From Utricularia gibba (taxonomy: Eukaryota > Plantae > Magnoliophyta): DNA of 64,000 nucleotides. The notes beneath the pieces were generated by a model that did not search any database, was not told the origin of the DNA, and was given only the letters and a program-made list of their open reading frames with translations. The stretch lies in NCBI GenBank assembly GCA_002189035.1, contig NEEC01000008.1, positions 744,001 through 808,000 of the forward strand, given 5' to 3'. Below are positions 1 through 15,639 of this stretch, piece after piece. Position 1 is the stretch's first letter. The number at the start of each line of letters is the position of its first letter. Made by a program: the position numbers and the translations under genes.

Positions 1-60
1 TTGAATGCAGCATGAGTCCCTTGTATTTGAATGTAGTTATATGAAGATTTTGCTATATTC

Positions 61-2866
<2,806 letters not shown>

Positions 2867-3984
2867 GCAGCAGAAGCCAGTGATTTGATGTCCAACCGCC
2901 GCACCACATGTGGTGTAAGAATGAAGTATACCTCCTATACCAAGCCATGCCGACTGCTGCAGGTTCCAAAGAATTCTGTTCGCTGCCCATCTGTCTGTGT
3001 GTCTTTCTTTCTTTCTTTGTGGTTGGTTGGATGCCGGGGCCGGGCTTGATTATCCCAAAAGAAAATGGTCTGCCTCATGGGAGAGGTGTGTCCAGGAAAC
3101 CTGGATGCTGGATGCGCATGTGGAATGCCATTTTCTTGCACATTCCAGCGGAGTGGGACTTGTTGGTTTGCAGCGAAATAATGGGTTGAGATTGTAGTTG
3201 GAAATTTGAATGCTTGGATACAATGAAATTGAATTGAGGTTGAATGTAATTTTTATACGTAAAATACTATTTTACTCTTATTTAATTTATCCAACAATTC
3301 TCAAATCATCTATTGATTTCACTGACTAGTTGAGTTGTTCTATTCCACTTGTTACTCATTTCATGCACAATTTCCTGAGCTGTAGCTGTAGCTGAGTTGC
3401 CAACCGAACGGAAATCAAAACGCCCTCAATGTATATAGTTATTGGTACTCAGGTTTTATTATTCGTATTAGATTTTAATCTTCCATTTTTTCCTTATTAT
3501 GAATATTTCCTTCACAGTTAATTCAAATTTTATTTAATTTTGAATGTTAATAAAATAAAATAAATAAAATTTTTATTATGATTTTAAACAGTGTTTAGAC
3601 TCGGTTCAATTTAAACTCACAATTTATAAAAAACTCAATTTAAAATTTTGATTAAATGAAAATAGGTATAAACTATGTACTTATTATGTAATTTGAAGTT
3701 GTATTTTACACTATGTGGAATAGAATCAATTTTAAGAGTATGTGAATAAAATTAATTTTAAAAGTTATTATATAAATATTAAAGATTAAAATTTTCAAAA
3801 ATTAATAAAAGAAAACAGATTCTATCTCATTTTAAAACAGGCCATAGAGGCTAATGGGCCTCGGTCTTGTGTTGGAGGCCCGTCACCGGTGCTCGAGAGT
3901 GTGTGCTTTTTGTGGCCTTTCCTTCGCTTCGCCGGTGAGGTATCGCACCCGAGGTGAAGCGAATCTCGCTGCTGCACTATAGCC

Positions 3985-5225
3985 ATGGCTTTTTTGCTCA
4001 GACGTACGGCTTCAATGCGGCCGTTCTTCAATCGATTCCAAATGCCACAAGGTTACGCGTCGATTGCAGCTGGCTCGGATTTGATAGCGATCGCGCCGGA
4101 TGTTTCCCTTCAGAAAGCTCGTTCTTGGGACGATGGCGTTTCATCCAAGTTTGCCACTACTCCAATCAAAGATATTTTCAAGGTTCGTTGGATTCTTTTT
4201 CTAATCACATTTTCAGAATTTAATCTGGGTTGGACACGCTCTGGTTTACTGACTATGCTCCGCTATTGTGGTTTTCCAGGACAAGAAAGTCGTCATCTTC
4301 GGCCTCCCTGTAAGCTGGCTTTTCACCAAAAAAAAAAAAAAAATAAACCATTCCACTTTGTTCATTGCCTTCTCGCCTCTTGTGATCAACTTTTTCGCCT
4401 TTTCTTAATAACTGAGCATCACATTACGCATTTAAGTCATCTAAGTGCATGTATTCTTTTCCTAGTCACCGTCACTCCCTTAAAAGACTACTTGGCGACT
4501 TGTCAGTGGTGTATAAACCGCCTCTCTCTACACTCCCTACACTAACAAGCCTGATGTAACTATTCCTGTGATTTTTGGTGCATTTGTTCCATATTTTGGC
4601 CTGGATGTGGATGAGGGGGCATAGTTTCCTTCTTTTTTAAGTAGTAAACCTTCTTTGGTGTGGCTTGCCGAGCACTCGACAAAGTGTTTGCATTTTTCAG
4701 GGTGCATATACTGGTGTGTGTACAGCACAGCATGTCCCTAGCTACAAAAACATTGTCGACAAGTTCAAGGCAAAGGGTATTGATTCAGTGATATGCGTTG
4801 CTGTGAACGACCCATATGCATTGAATGGATGGGCGGAAAAGCTCAAGGCCAAGGATGATGTAAGTCACTGTAACGATCATCTTCGTCCTTCATCTTCTGC
4901 AAATATTTAATGGATCTCTATGCATTGTTACCCAAGATTGAGTTCTATGGGGATTTTGATGGGAGTTTCCACAAGAAACTCGACCTGCTGATAGACCTCT
5001 CCCCCGCCTTGCTTGGCTCTCGCTCTCACAGGTATCACATTTATCATGGTTTGTGTGTGTGTGTGTTGGACATAACTTACCATTGCAGTTATATTTCCTC
5101 GCAGGTGGTCAGCATATGTTGTAGATGGCAAGATTGAAGTTCTGAATGTGGAGAAGGCACCGTCTGAGTTTGGGGTTTCGGGTGGAGATGTGATACTCGC
5201 TCAGATCGAATCAAATGCCACATGA
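3985..5225 (+). CDS. PRXIIF: Mitochondrial peroxiredoxin IIF (5 exons)
   Basis: Transit-like N-terminus, then SLQKARSWDDGVSSKFATTP, a 30-nt exon DKKVVIFGLP, GAYTGVCT..QHVPSYK (peroxidatic Cys), IEFYGDFDGSFH and WSAYVVDGK..VEKAPSEFGVSGG; TGA at 5223-5225. Confidence 0.94.
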
Positions 5226-5451
5226 GCTGCTTTTGCATGTTAAAAGTGCAAAACTACCAAGATACAGTAATGTTGGAGAACTCGCTTTTTTTTTTTCTTT
5301 TGCAACACTTATCAACTTGTGAAAGGATGATGAACACACTCTTCTTTGTCATGGACTCCTTTCGTCGAGTCTTTAGACGTTAGTGGCTCAATGTGCACAT
5401 CTGTAACTTACATCGATAGAATAATAGTGTCATGCATTCTCAGATACCACA

Positions 5452-8182
5452 TCATTTCTTGATGGTGAGCTCCGCCCTTAGATGCAGGAAGCCGTTGATG
5501 AAGTAGGGGCTGTCGTCTGCTATGAACGCCGTCCACGGCACGCCGAAGAGGTTGCGATAGCCAACAGCCTTCCCGCCGGTGAAGGTGTAGTTCCCTTTGT
5601 ATTTGCAGACGAAATCCTCGGACGGCTTCATTCTTGATGCGAACTCATAGTCCACAGTGAAGGCCACGGAACCCTTCTCCTGCATTCCCAAAAAGAGCCC
5701 AAAGCAATGAAAGGAGCTCTGCTGATCCATGTTGCAATGGCCAGACAAGAAGAAGCCCTGGCCACCCAGGTGAAATGCTTGGGAGTATATTCGCCCTGCG
5801 GGGAACAGCTGTGCGCACTCCTCCCTCTTCAGATCAAGGTAAACAATGCACCGTTGGCGAGGAGACTCGAAGTCTACAACCTTCACAGGTCGGTACTTGT
5901 AGGCTCTCTCAACAAACCGACGCAGTGAGGAATTTGCCTCCTCTGCGAGGAGAGAGCGCTGCCTGTATGGAGCTTCAGCTTTAAAAAAGAGCGCATCAAG
6001 AACAACCTTTGAGGCGAGTTCCGGATCGATGTCACTACAAACCAGGACCTTTTTCAGCTTTCTGCAGGACATGCATGGGAAACGAACTAGGCGGAGGAGG
6101 TGAGTGCTTAGTATTTCTCGTCTCTCTTCCGGCTTTGGATAATGCAGTCTTGCCCACTTCAGCACAAAGTCATAGATGGCATCCTCAGAAGCAACCTGCA
6201 AATCATCAGTTGACAGAACTGCCTCGATACCGGCTAATGGTAAATTCAACAGCTCTTCTTGAAACCTGGTGAAATGAGGGAGAGGGTCACACTTAGGAAA
6301 CACAGTCTAAGTATGACAGTGGGCTTCCATGCGCCATGACTACCAACACTGCCAATATAGAATGATTGAATGCTGAATAGGAAGGAGGTGCTTACTTGCT
6401 AATGTCCTTGAAGCGTGCAGCAAGGAAACTCTTGGCAGCATCCATCAACGGCTGAACTGTATCCGCCATTAAGATATTTGAAGGAAGGTCCAGGTAAAGG
6501 AAGGCCGACTCACAAGTCATAGGCAAGCTTCGCAACAGCTGGCAACAATATCTCATGCATGAAGCCACTTCAAATTTATCAGCAGCCATTAGCACATCCA
6601 GCACAGCAATTGGTGTGGTTCTGGGCAAAGTATTGCTGTACATAAAGTTCAACAAATCCATAAGAGCTTCTTCTTCTGCAATCAGAACCAGAACAATACT
6701 GTCAGTTCAAATGTATTCTTCTACCAAAGAACAACAGCAAGAACCAAAAATGCTGTAGGTACACAGAAGAAGATCGATAAGAAAACATAAATCTGCTGCA
6801 GAAGTGAGAGATATTGCTCAACCAATGTAAATCACGGCTGATCATAACTAGGAGAAATTCACTACGTGGAAAAATTATTCTACCATGCACTTTTTAGCTT
6901 TTTTTTATTAATCGCTTAAAAAAATGATGAGACTCCTTACACCATCATATTCAATCATAATTCAAATATTTCATACTGCCTAAAGACACATCTTAAATTA
7001 CATTAAAATGCTTAGCAAGCAAAAAGAGGGTGAATTTGAGTATATCCTTACCTGAGGCATGAATTCTAAGGGTTACATCTCGCTGCTCTGATTCTTTCAT
7101 TCCATTTGAAAAGAGCTATAATTGAAAGAGAAGACTAAGTATATAACACAGTTAACGAGGGAAAAAGATGAAACTGGGAATTACCTTGTAGAAAAATGGG
7201 CTTTTGGCTGCCAAAATTGGAGAGCTAATGTGTACGCTATTAACTCTAATAGGTGAATAGTCCATGCTAGATGATGCTTCGCTGCACTCAGCAACTTCAA
7301 GGTCTGCGGGACCAAGAGACGCATATAACGATTCTAACCATGGAGGATCCCAGAAAACGGAACATGCTCCCTATTTAGAAACTATGCTTATCAAACAATG
7401 TCATGATAATCTTACCAGACTGATTGTTTATTATTTCTGCAAGTATTGGTGATTCCTCAATCATCTCAACAGGTTCCTCTTCCTGGTTTTCGTAAGTAGC
7501 AATATCTTCTTCCAAGTCTGGTCTATTGCAATTTAGAATCAACTCTTCACACTGTGCAGCAGCTTCTTCACATTTTGGAAAAACACAAAAAATTGGTAAA
7601 ATTACAATTTGAATTAATGATGAGTGAATTATCGAACACAACAAGGAAAAAAAAAACACCTTGCCACACTGATGAGCTAAGGTTTCACATACATGTGTAC
7701 AAAGGAAGAAAGGGAAATATTAAACCTTTTAAAGAGACAACCAATAATCAGCACGAGAAAAAACAGTGAATGGCTCATTAGAAATCAATAAAAATTACAG
7801 ATTTAAGACCCGTGAAAGCCTTCGAACTCAAGTTTCCCCAAAGCCCATCAAAGAAGGAAATCGAAAACTTGTAAAGCTAAGAGACAACGCTCATGCACCT
7901 CTAATTCACATAATAAGCACTACATCTACAAAAGAAAATGAACCCGAAAACTTGTAAAGAAGGGGCAGCACCACTGGTATTCCCACGCCGGTCATCACGA
8001 CGACGCTTTCGATTCCGCGCCCAATCAAGAAGACTGGTCTCGGTATCGGACTTCGATCCGGGCAAGTCAGGCAAAATCTCGATCCGCAAAACTCTGTCGG
8101 AAAAATTAACATCGTTGAATGCGAAGGCGAAGTTGGGCGCGGAGACCGGTGAACCGGGTTCAAGGAAACGGGCAGAATCCAT
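5452..8182 (-). CDS. POB1: BTB/POZ-BACK domain protein, POB1/LRB type (spliced)
   Basis: [66 protein letters not shown] and the C-terminal [51 protein letters not shown]. Confidence 0.94.
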
Positions 8183-8772
8183 TGATAAACGAGCTCCTCC
8201 TCCTCCAATTCCGTTCCAGAACGACGACCGGAGAGGAATCAAAGAAACCCAGAGAGGGGAGGAGATCAATTTCGCCCCTTTCTGGGTTTGAACGTTAAAG
8301 AGGTGTCGTGGATCCTCATTCCATTGTTCACTCCATCTATATCGACCTCCATGTCCTCACCCCTCCTTTGTCCTCGATTAAAAAAATAATAAAATATTAA
8401 TATTTCATTTTTCTAATATGATTTTTTAATATTATTAGTCATATTTAATAATAAAATAAACAATTCATAGAAAACTAATTTAAAATTTTTAATTAAATAT
8501 AAAAAAATCAAAGAATAAATTGGATTTAATTTTAAAAATAATTATTTAATTTTTAGAATTTCATAATCTTTTTATAAAAATTATTAAATCAAATTAATAC
8601 TCAAGTTGAATCTCCAATTTTAAAATACTATTTTGAAGATAAAAATTCATAATATTAACAGAAAATTATGTCTAAAATCTGAAATTTGAAGTAGGAGATG
8701 CAAGTGGATACGGGTCGACCCGACACGTAAATATTATTATTGCAAAAATAGAATAAGTTTTTTTTGTTGGGA

Positions 8773-10557
8773 CTAGGTTAGGACAAGGTTCTTGCCGAGG
8801 ATGATGTCGTCTGCTGTAAAGTCTGCAGGCTTCCTGAAGGTTCCACGTCCGAAGTCAAGATTATATGAGTCTGCAAGCCCCTCCACCAGATCAAACTCCG
8901 GCTTCCACCCAAGTAAGCTCTTAGCTTTCTCTATGGATGCAAAGAAGTGCTGCCCCACAACAACAAAACCCGAATTCCATCACGGTTTGTTATCGATGTT
9001 TGGATGCATTCTGCAAGACTATGAACTCCAGTTTACCTGGTCACGGAATGGAAATGGCTTCGCCTTTCCAAAGTCGAACTCCTTCGCATTGTAATGGATG
9101 ATTTCAGGTTCGGGGAAGCCACCAGCCTGTTGCATTGGCCTAGCCATGAATGACACTTGTTTCTTGCTACTGATAATGTAGTGTGTGGATTGATTTAAGT
9201 ACCTTGGCGCAGGCTTTCGCTAATCCATCGAAGGTGACATACTTGTCCCCAGAGATGTTGAATACTTGCTTGCTCGCGTTTTGGTTTCCAAGAACTTTTA
9301 GGAAGGCCACAGCCAAGTCCTGATGAATGAATTGCTGCATCAGATTATGTGGCAATCGATACAAAGCTGTGCTCTTGAAGGTGGTGATCGATCGCCAACC
9401 TTTACATGGCCAAGCTGTGTGACCTGTAGCCCTGTGCCAGGGATAGGAATCGGACGGCCGGCCTTCAGCCGGTGGAAGAACCATTCCTCAACAGGGTTGT
9501 AGTTCAATGGGCCATATATGTACACTGGCCTTATGGATGTCCAGTTTACATCGCGTGCTTGCAACAAACTCTCTGTCTCAAGCTTGCCTTTGTGTCTACT
9601 CTTGGGATCAACTTCATCTGTCTGTCACATGTAACATGAACAAAAGGTGAAGAAACCAAGATTTACTCCTGTGAGACATTATTGCCACAGACCTCAAAAT
9701 GGGGGAGATAATCGGATTTGAGGTATACTCCAGCCGAAGAACAGTATATGAACCTGTGAACAAGTTTTCAGAGCTTCATTCATTCGTAAGGTTCCAGCTA
9801 GTTTGTATCTCATAAGGCACTTCAATCAAGAAATCAATCAGGCTCTTACTGCTCTAAGTTTGGTAGAGCGTCTAAAATGGGCTCTACTTCTTCAGCCTCA
9901 CGTCCTGATGGCACAATTGAGAAAAGAGATGAAGCCTTTTCTATGGCAATGCATGTAATTTACTACACTGATTCATGACAGCAAACCATTGATGTCATAA
10001 ACAATATCAAATCCTTGTGATGAGAGATTGGTCTTGACAAAATCATAGTCCCGTCTATCCCCCTTCAAGTGAGAGATCTACAGGATCAAACCAACACCCT
10101 CAAAAACGCAGTCAATCATCCAAACGGAGGAATCACAACAGAGAAGACATACACTCGAAGAAAATTCGGCGAAGTCGGAATCCGATTCACCCGGCAACTG
10201 CTGAGCAATGGGTGCTTTCCCTCGAGTGAAGAGAGTAACCTGCAATTACAGAGCACGATTTGAAAAGGGGAGGCGTGTTGTAAACAGCTGAAATGAATTG
10301 GGTTCCACCTGATGGCCTTCTTTTACTAGAAGGCGTGACAAAAACACACCAATGAATCGTGTGCCGCCCATTATAAGAATCTTCTTAGAACTCGAAGCTG
10401 TTATCCGCAAACCTCCTTTTCCCTTGGGATGCTCAAACGTCTTCTTCTTATTATACTGAATAGAAGATGGTGCGAGCTGTGTGCCATTGAGGTTAGAAGC
10501 GTGGAGGGTAGTGGAGAAGGAGAAGGGGTGCTTGTGTTGCACTTGAAGAAGCACCAT
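8773..10557 (-). CDS. CSP41B: Chloroplast stem-loop binding protein 41 kDa b (NAD-dependent epimerase fold; spliced)
   Basis: Transit peptide, then KKILIMGGTRFIGVFLSRLLVKEGHQ, VTLFTRGKAPI, WTSIRPVYIYGPLNYNPVEEWFFHRLKAGRPIPIP and HFFASIEKAKSLLGWKPEFDLVEGLADSYNLDFGRG. Confidence 0.95.
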
Positions 10558-12354
10558 TTCCTTGACCTTCTTGTGACGAAGAGTCTGTGAAGTCGAGAAG
10601 AGAAAAGGGAGTGATTTTTTAAAGCTTGATTTCCTGCGTTAAGCGCCATTCATACAATTTGGATAAGGGAGTTGCCTCGTTCCACCCACAACTTGGTTTC
10701 CATGATCCTGAACTCTTCCTCTCCCTCCCACACGTCTGGGGGACAGCCAACGGACACCCCACGCCGAGTGAGCCCAATGGACTTGATTCTCCGCCCATCA
10801 GTATAAAAAAGCAGACAAAAAGTATTTTTAGTTAATTCTAACAAAATTAAAATTTCTGATAAAATTCATATTGATACGACTCCAACCTAAGAAAACTTGT
10901 AAAAATTTTAGATGAAGCTCACATCAATTAGAAATATGAAAAAGATAACTTCTTTAATTTTATATAAAGTATTTTCTTTAAAAAAATAGAACGTAAAATT
11001 ATGAAAATTCAATATTTTAAACAAATAATATCATATAAAAAAAGAATATTTGGCATCAGATCTAAATCTAAACATATAATCAATAGTGAAACAAACCTCA
11101 ACGAAATTATTGAGTTTCTAAGGGAGTTGGAAGGGTATAATGTAAGAAATGATATAAGTACTTTAGACAAATTTTATATGGATTGCGGATGCAATAGATC
11201 AACAGTTTATATAAAGAAATTTTTTTTAATCTTCCATGATACAGTTGAAAATAATCATTATAAATTTGATTCATCTTTTTAATATAAAAAAATAAAAATA
11301 TATATATTGATTAACAATACTATTTAAAAATTTAAAAATTGTATTTCATAAATCATTTATATTGTATAATCCATTCGTATTTAACAAATAATAGCAATTG
11401 TAATTAATTATAAAAAATAATATAAATTCAAATCTTAAAATCAATTTTTAAAAATAATTCATGAGAGAGAATTTTAATAATTATATTTATTTTTTTATTA
11501 AAAATTATATTTTTAAATCATTTATATTTTATAATCCATTTATAATAATTGTAATTAATTATTAAAAAATATAAATCATGTAAATCATTCATGATAAAGA
11601 AGTCACTGAAAAACATTTGAATTTTAACAATTTTTTAGGTAATAAAACTATTTCATAAGGGTTTTTTTTTTTTCCAAAATAATCATACCTAACGGTAATG
11701 AAGGTAACTGGAATAATTATCTCTTAATCAAAACGCAATTAATTAAGCCCTTGAAATTGAGGGCTTTTTCTTTTTATTTTTTTCCAAAAGCGACCCGCAA
11801 TTAATTCTATCCACCGAATGGAACTCAAAAGTCAGAGGAATTATCTGATCTCCGTCGCGTCTGCTTTCCTTTGAATAAAATTCTTTCTTACCACACTTCG
11901 ACAAGGCGCCGGCTGCTAGACCCGGCCCCTGTCGCCGACCACATTTGGGTTCGATGAAATCGAGGGTTGCAGCAGCTTCAGCTTCTGTGCAGGCGCGAGG
12001 CTAACCCCCCGGCTCGTCGTCTTCCCGGCTGCGTGGAGGGTGCATTGATCCTGGGCCATCAAAACGTGTTCATCTCCATAATTGTTCTTTCATTTTGTAG
12101 GGCGTAAGCTTCATAATTGAGGTTTCCACTTGGTGGTACGCAAGTACCACAACCACAACACGGTCCCTACCGCTCTGGGCGGTGCAGCAAAAATTTTCCT
12201 TGATTACTCGCCATTATTCCAACCCCTCATCAATTCACACGCTTTGCCGGAGATCTACACCGACGCTAATCACGCTCGTGGTCGGGGATTAGTTTTAGGC
12301 CGCCGATACGCCAAACGAGTAGTGAGCATCCGCAACCAAGCAACACGGATGCGG

Positions 12355-12375
12355 CTGCTGCTGCTGCTGCTGCTG
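12355..12375. repeat. (CTG)7 microsatellite
   Basis: Seven consecutive CTG units read directly. Confidence 0.95.
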
Positions 12376-12427
12376 TATCAGTGCGTGCGTTAACCTGATG
12401 GCAAGTCCGGTTAGAAATGGGCGATTG

Positions 12428-12478
12428 GTCCCACATCGGAAATTGTAACCAAATTACGTGTATCAGTTACTTTATAAT
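12428..12478 (+). promoter_or_regulatory. Plant snRNA-type promoter: USE (GTCCCACATCG) plus TATA-like TTTATAAT
   Basis: Exact RTCCCACATCG consensus at 12428-12438 and TTTATAAT at 12471-12478, a 32-nt gap that matches the Pol II (U1/U2/U4/U5-type) spacing. The downstream sequence matches no snRNA I recognise. Confidence 0.4.
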
Positions 12479-13993
12479 GCATAGCCTGGTACTATGGTTT
12501 TCATTTCAACCATGAAAAGACTCACATTTTGTTTTTTCATAATTATTTTTTGAAAATTATTTCTAATAAAATAGAACGTAAGTTTCTACAGATTGATATT
12601 GAAACTGTTTTTTTGAATATTTTTAGTATTCCAAACAATCAAATACGAGCGAAAGAGCAAAAATTAAAAAGTGTAGCAGTCACCGTTGAAACCAATGAAG
12701 CAAATGATTGACGGATTCTAAACCTGCTGAGCTAGAGATTTATGGATGGACTTTTTTGTTTTAATATATGGCGAAAAATCAGTTTCTATTTTATCATAAG
12801 AACTTCTAGAAAAATATCTTCTGAAAAAAATGTCTCGTTTAATCTGAACATAATCATTCAATTTAGGTCACATTTGGAAAAATTATTTTAGAACTGATTT
12901 TAGTAAAATTGAAAATTCAAATAGAATAAAAATTAATTTATGTTTGTAATTATTTTTTTTAGAATGATTATTATAAAATGAATTTATGTTTGAAGTATAA
13001 AAAATAAGCATTGATATTAATAAGTAAATTACATATTTATTTGTAATTGTTAATAATTATATAAATATATTTAAAATTAAAATTTAAAATTAAAATAAAT
13101 AAATTATTTATAATTATTGTTATTATTATAGAAAATGAATATAATTGTAATTTCAATCTTAAAATTACTTCTTAAAAAGCAATCCTCATAGAGAATGCTT
13201 TTCATAAAATTGGAATGATTTTCAAAAATTAATTATGGTATAATATAACTTGATACACTTTTAGAAGATAAAAACAATTATATCAAAACAGAAATAATTC
13301 TGGAAATTTTCAAACGCTGATCTCTATTTAATAGATCCCTTCTCCATGAGGAGTGAATTTGAATGTGTAAGCTAATCTTAGAGTTATTTGATACATTATT
13401 TTTTTCATGAACTTATGATTGAATTTAACTATAAACCCACCTATGGTTTTTGGATTGTAAACAAGTAAAAATATACTCACTTGATATCAATATATCAAGT
13501 GATAGCTCAACTTTGTTTAGATAAACCGATGGGAGAGGATCGATTTATCTAAACTCAACCTATTTATCTAAACTTTAAGAAATAAAAGTAATCTACTATT
13601 TATTTTTTAAAAAAATAATTTTTGTAGTATAATTTTAAAAATATTTTTAATAAAATTAATTTTATAATCGATAGTGTTCTAAAATAAAATTATTTTTATA
13701 TAAAAATTTTAAAAAGTAAAAATAATCTTTAAAATTTTTTCAAAACAATACATAAGTGTGTGTGAAAAATAATTCTCTTATATATAAAAAAAAATTAATC
13801 ATAGTGTTTAAAATAAAATATAAGGATAGTTACTTTTACAAAATAGCCCAAACCAGCACCCCTTCAAGTGATGAAGCGTCACCCATCCAAATTCAATCAA
13901 AAGATTATGGGCAGCATGTCATGCCGACGCGATGTAACATTATTTGATGATCCACCTCGTGTCTAGTTGCGTTGTATATTTGTTTTGAGAGGA

Positions 13994-14099
13994 AAACCCT
14001 AAACCCCAAATGGTTTTAAAGAAACAATATAAAATGCACCGGACCGGTTGGATAGAGCCGGTCCAACCGATACGACCCCAACAGCCACGTCGTGGGCTA
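13994..14099 (+). promoter_or_regulatory. Telo-box (AAACCCTA) and site II element (TGGGCT) upstream of the F-box gene
   Basis: AAACCCTA at ~13994-14001 and TGGGCT at ~14093-14098, a combination known from plant promoters. Short motifs, so chance occurrence is possible. Confidence 0.4.
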
Positions 14100-14301
14100 A
14101 ATAAGCCGTCTCAGTTCTTACCTATACGTTGAATTCACGTTGGTCCCCCTACCGGAGAGCACGCGGTAATGGGGTTGATGGTGTATCAGGGAAGAATCGT
14201 ACCGTCATGTGCTTTTTGAGATGTGTATATAACCAGCCGCGGCATTCGAGCTTACTACAACTTTGTAACAATTCGTCTCCCGGTTGGTTGTTAAGACTTT
14301 C

Positions 14302-15352
14302 ATGGGGTTCCGAGCCATCGCTATGCTCCCGTTCTTCGCTTGTGGGCGGAGCGCCACCGAGGGTGGGGCGTCGACGGAAACGGGTCTTGGTGATTTGCCG
14401 GAGAACTGCGTGGCGACGGTGCTGCTGCACCTTGACCCACAGCAGATCTGCCGTCTGGCGGCGCTGAATTCGGCTTTCAGAGGGGCGTCTGGTGCTGATG
14501 TCGTCTGGGAATCCAAGTTGCCTTCGAATTACGGAGATTTTATCAGGAGGGTGTTTCCAGATGGGGAATCGGAGCTGAAAAATTCATGTAAAAGGGACAT
14601 CTTTTCGAAGCTGTGCACACCCAGATTCATAGACGGTGGAGCTAAGGTTAGCTAGACTCTGGTTCTCTCCTTTTTCGCCTAAAGCCATGATCTTGGGATT
14701 TGATTTTCTAAAGCTTGATTTTTTTTCTGCAGAAAGTTTGGTTGGATAAAAGCACAGGCAAAGCTTGTATGGCCATCTCCGCAAAGGGTTGTCAATCACA
14801 GGAATCGATGACCGTAGATACTGGAGTCTCATTCCCACAAAACAATCTATGTGAGTGCATCAGAGAATGCCTTGCCTTGCAGCAACTGAATTTTCGTTCG
14901 TTGCCTCCATATCTGATCCATCATGCTCCCTTTCAGGTTCTCAATCGCCGCATACCTGCAGCAGATCTGGTGGTTCGAAGTCAATGGGGAGATCGATTTC
15001 CCATTTCCTCCAGGGATTACCGCGTTTTCATTAGATTGCAGTTGGGGAGATCTCAGAAGAGGTTTGGAAGACGTGTGTGCAACTCAGAGCAGGTTCATGG
15101 ATGGGAGAGAAAGCCTGTGGCATTCGACGTCTCCTGCGGGACAAGGTTTCAACTACGCAGTGTTATCTGAGCGAGAAGAAGCCCGGGCAGTGGATCAACC
15201 ACCATGCCGGGGATTTCACGGTCGGGAGTAGCTGCAGCAGCTCCATGAAGCTGAAGTTCTCCATGACACAGACGGACTGCACACACACGAAGGGAGGGCT
15301 GTGTGTAGACTCTCTACTTATATACCCTGCAGAATACAGAGGAAAGTTGTAG
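14302..15352 (+). CDS. F-box phloem protein 2 (PP2-A11/12/13 type), 3 exons, three apparent -1 frameshifts
   Basis: F-box LGDLPENCVATVLLHLDPQQICRLAALN..ADVVWESKLP, VWLDKSTGKACMAISAK, ITGIDDRRYW, AYLQQIWWFEV and KFSMTQTDCTHTKGGLCVDS. The frame shifts at GGG runs 14786-88, 15013-15 and 15138-40. Confidence 0.88.
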
Positions 15353-15639
15353 AAAATTGATTCGTTCATGTCTTTGTTAGTGTAAAACTGGTTTTCATTC
15401 TAACAGCAGTTTTTGTTGTTCTGTCCTCAACAACTAACTCGGCATAATCCAAACTACCTCCCGATCCAATCATTTTGTGATATGTGTGCGATGAAAAAAC
15501 GTAGAACAACTATTTTTTAAAATATCCAACGATCAAATAAATTTTTGAATATATTCATTCCATTTTAGTCTACCAAACATTGATTCTTTGTACTCGTATA
15601 CATTGATAGTTCATAAATTATATTTTTTTCGAATAGCTC

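Noticed and set aside
11001-11282. 93-aa AT-rich ORF
   Set aside because: It shows a Lys/Ile/Asn/Phe bias expected from AT-rich spacer DNA, with no motif or splice context.
12225-12285. U3 snoRNA: GAGCGTGATT (box B-like) followed by TGATGA on the minus strand
   Set aside because: The U3 5' domain (boxes A'/A), a properly placed box D and a correctly oriented USE are all missing; only a 10-mer matches.
12285-12302. Telomerase RNA template-like CCTAAAACTAA on the minus strand
   Set aside because: It is not the CTAAACCCT template, there is no Pol III USE-TATA upstream on that strand, and there is no resemblance to the plant TR conserved regions I recall.
12130-12393. 87-aa ORF in the structured island
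   Set aside because: It starts at a non-ATG codon, has no recognisable motif, and its poly-Leu comes from the CTG repeat.
12866-13322. Tourist-like MITEs here and at ~44188-44930 and ~59335-60030
   Set aside because: Termini only loosely resemble GGyC..GTTTGG TIRs and no clean TAA/TTA duplication was found. They are probably old MITEs, but I cannot support them.
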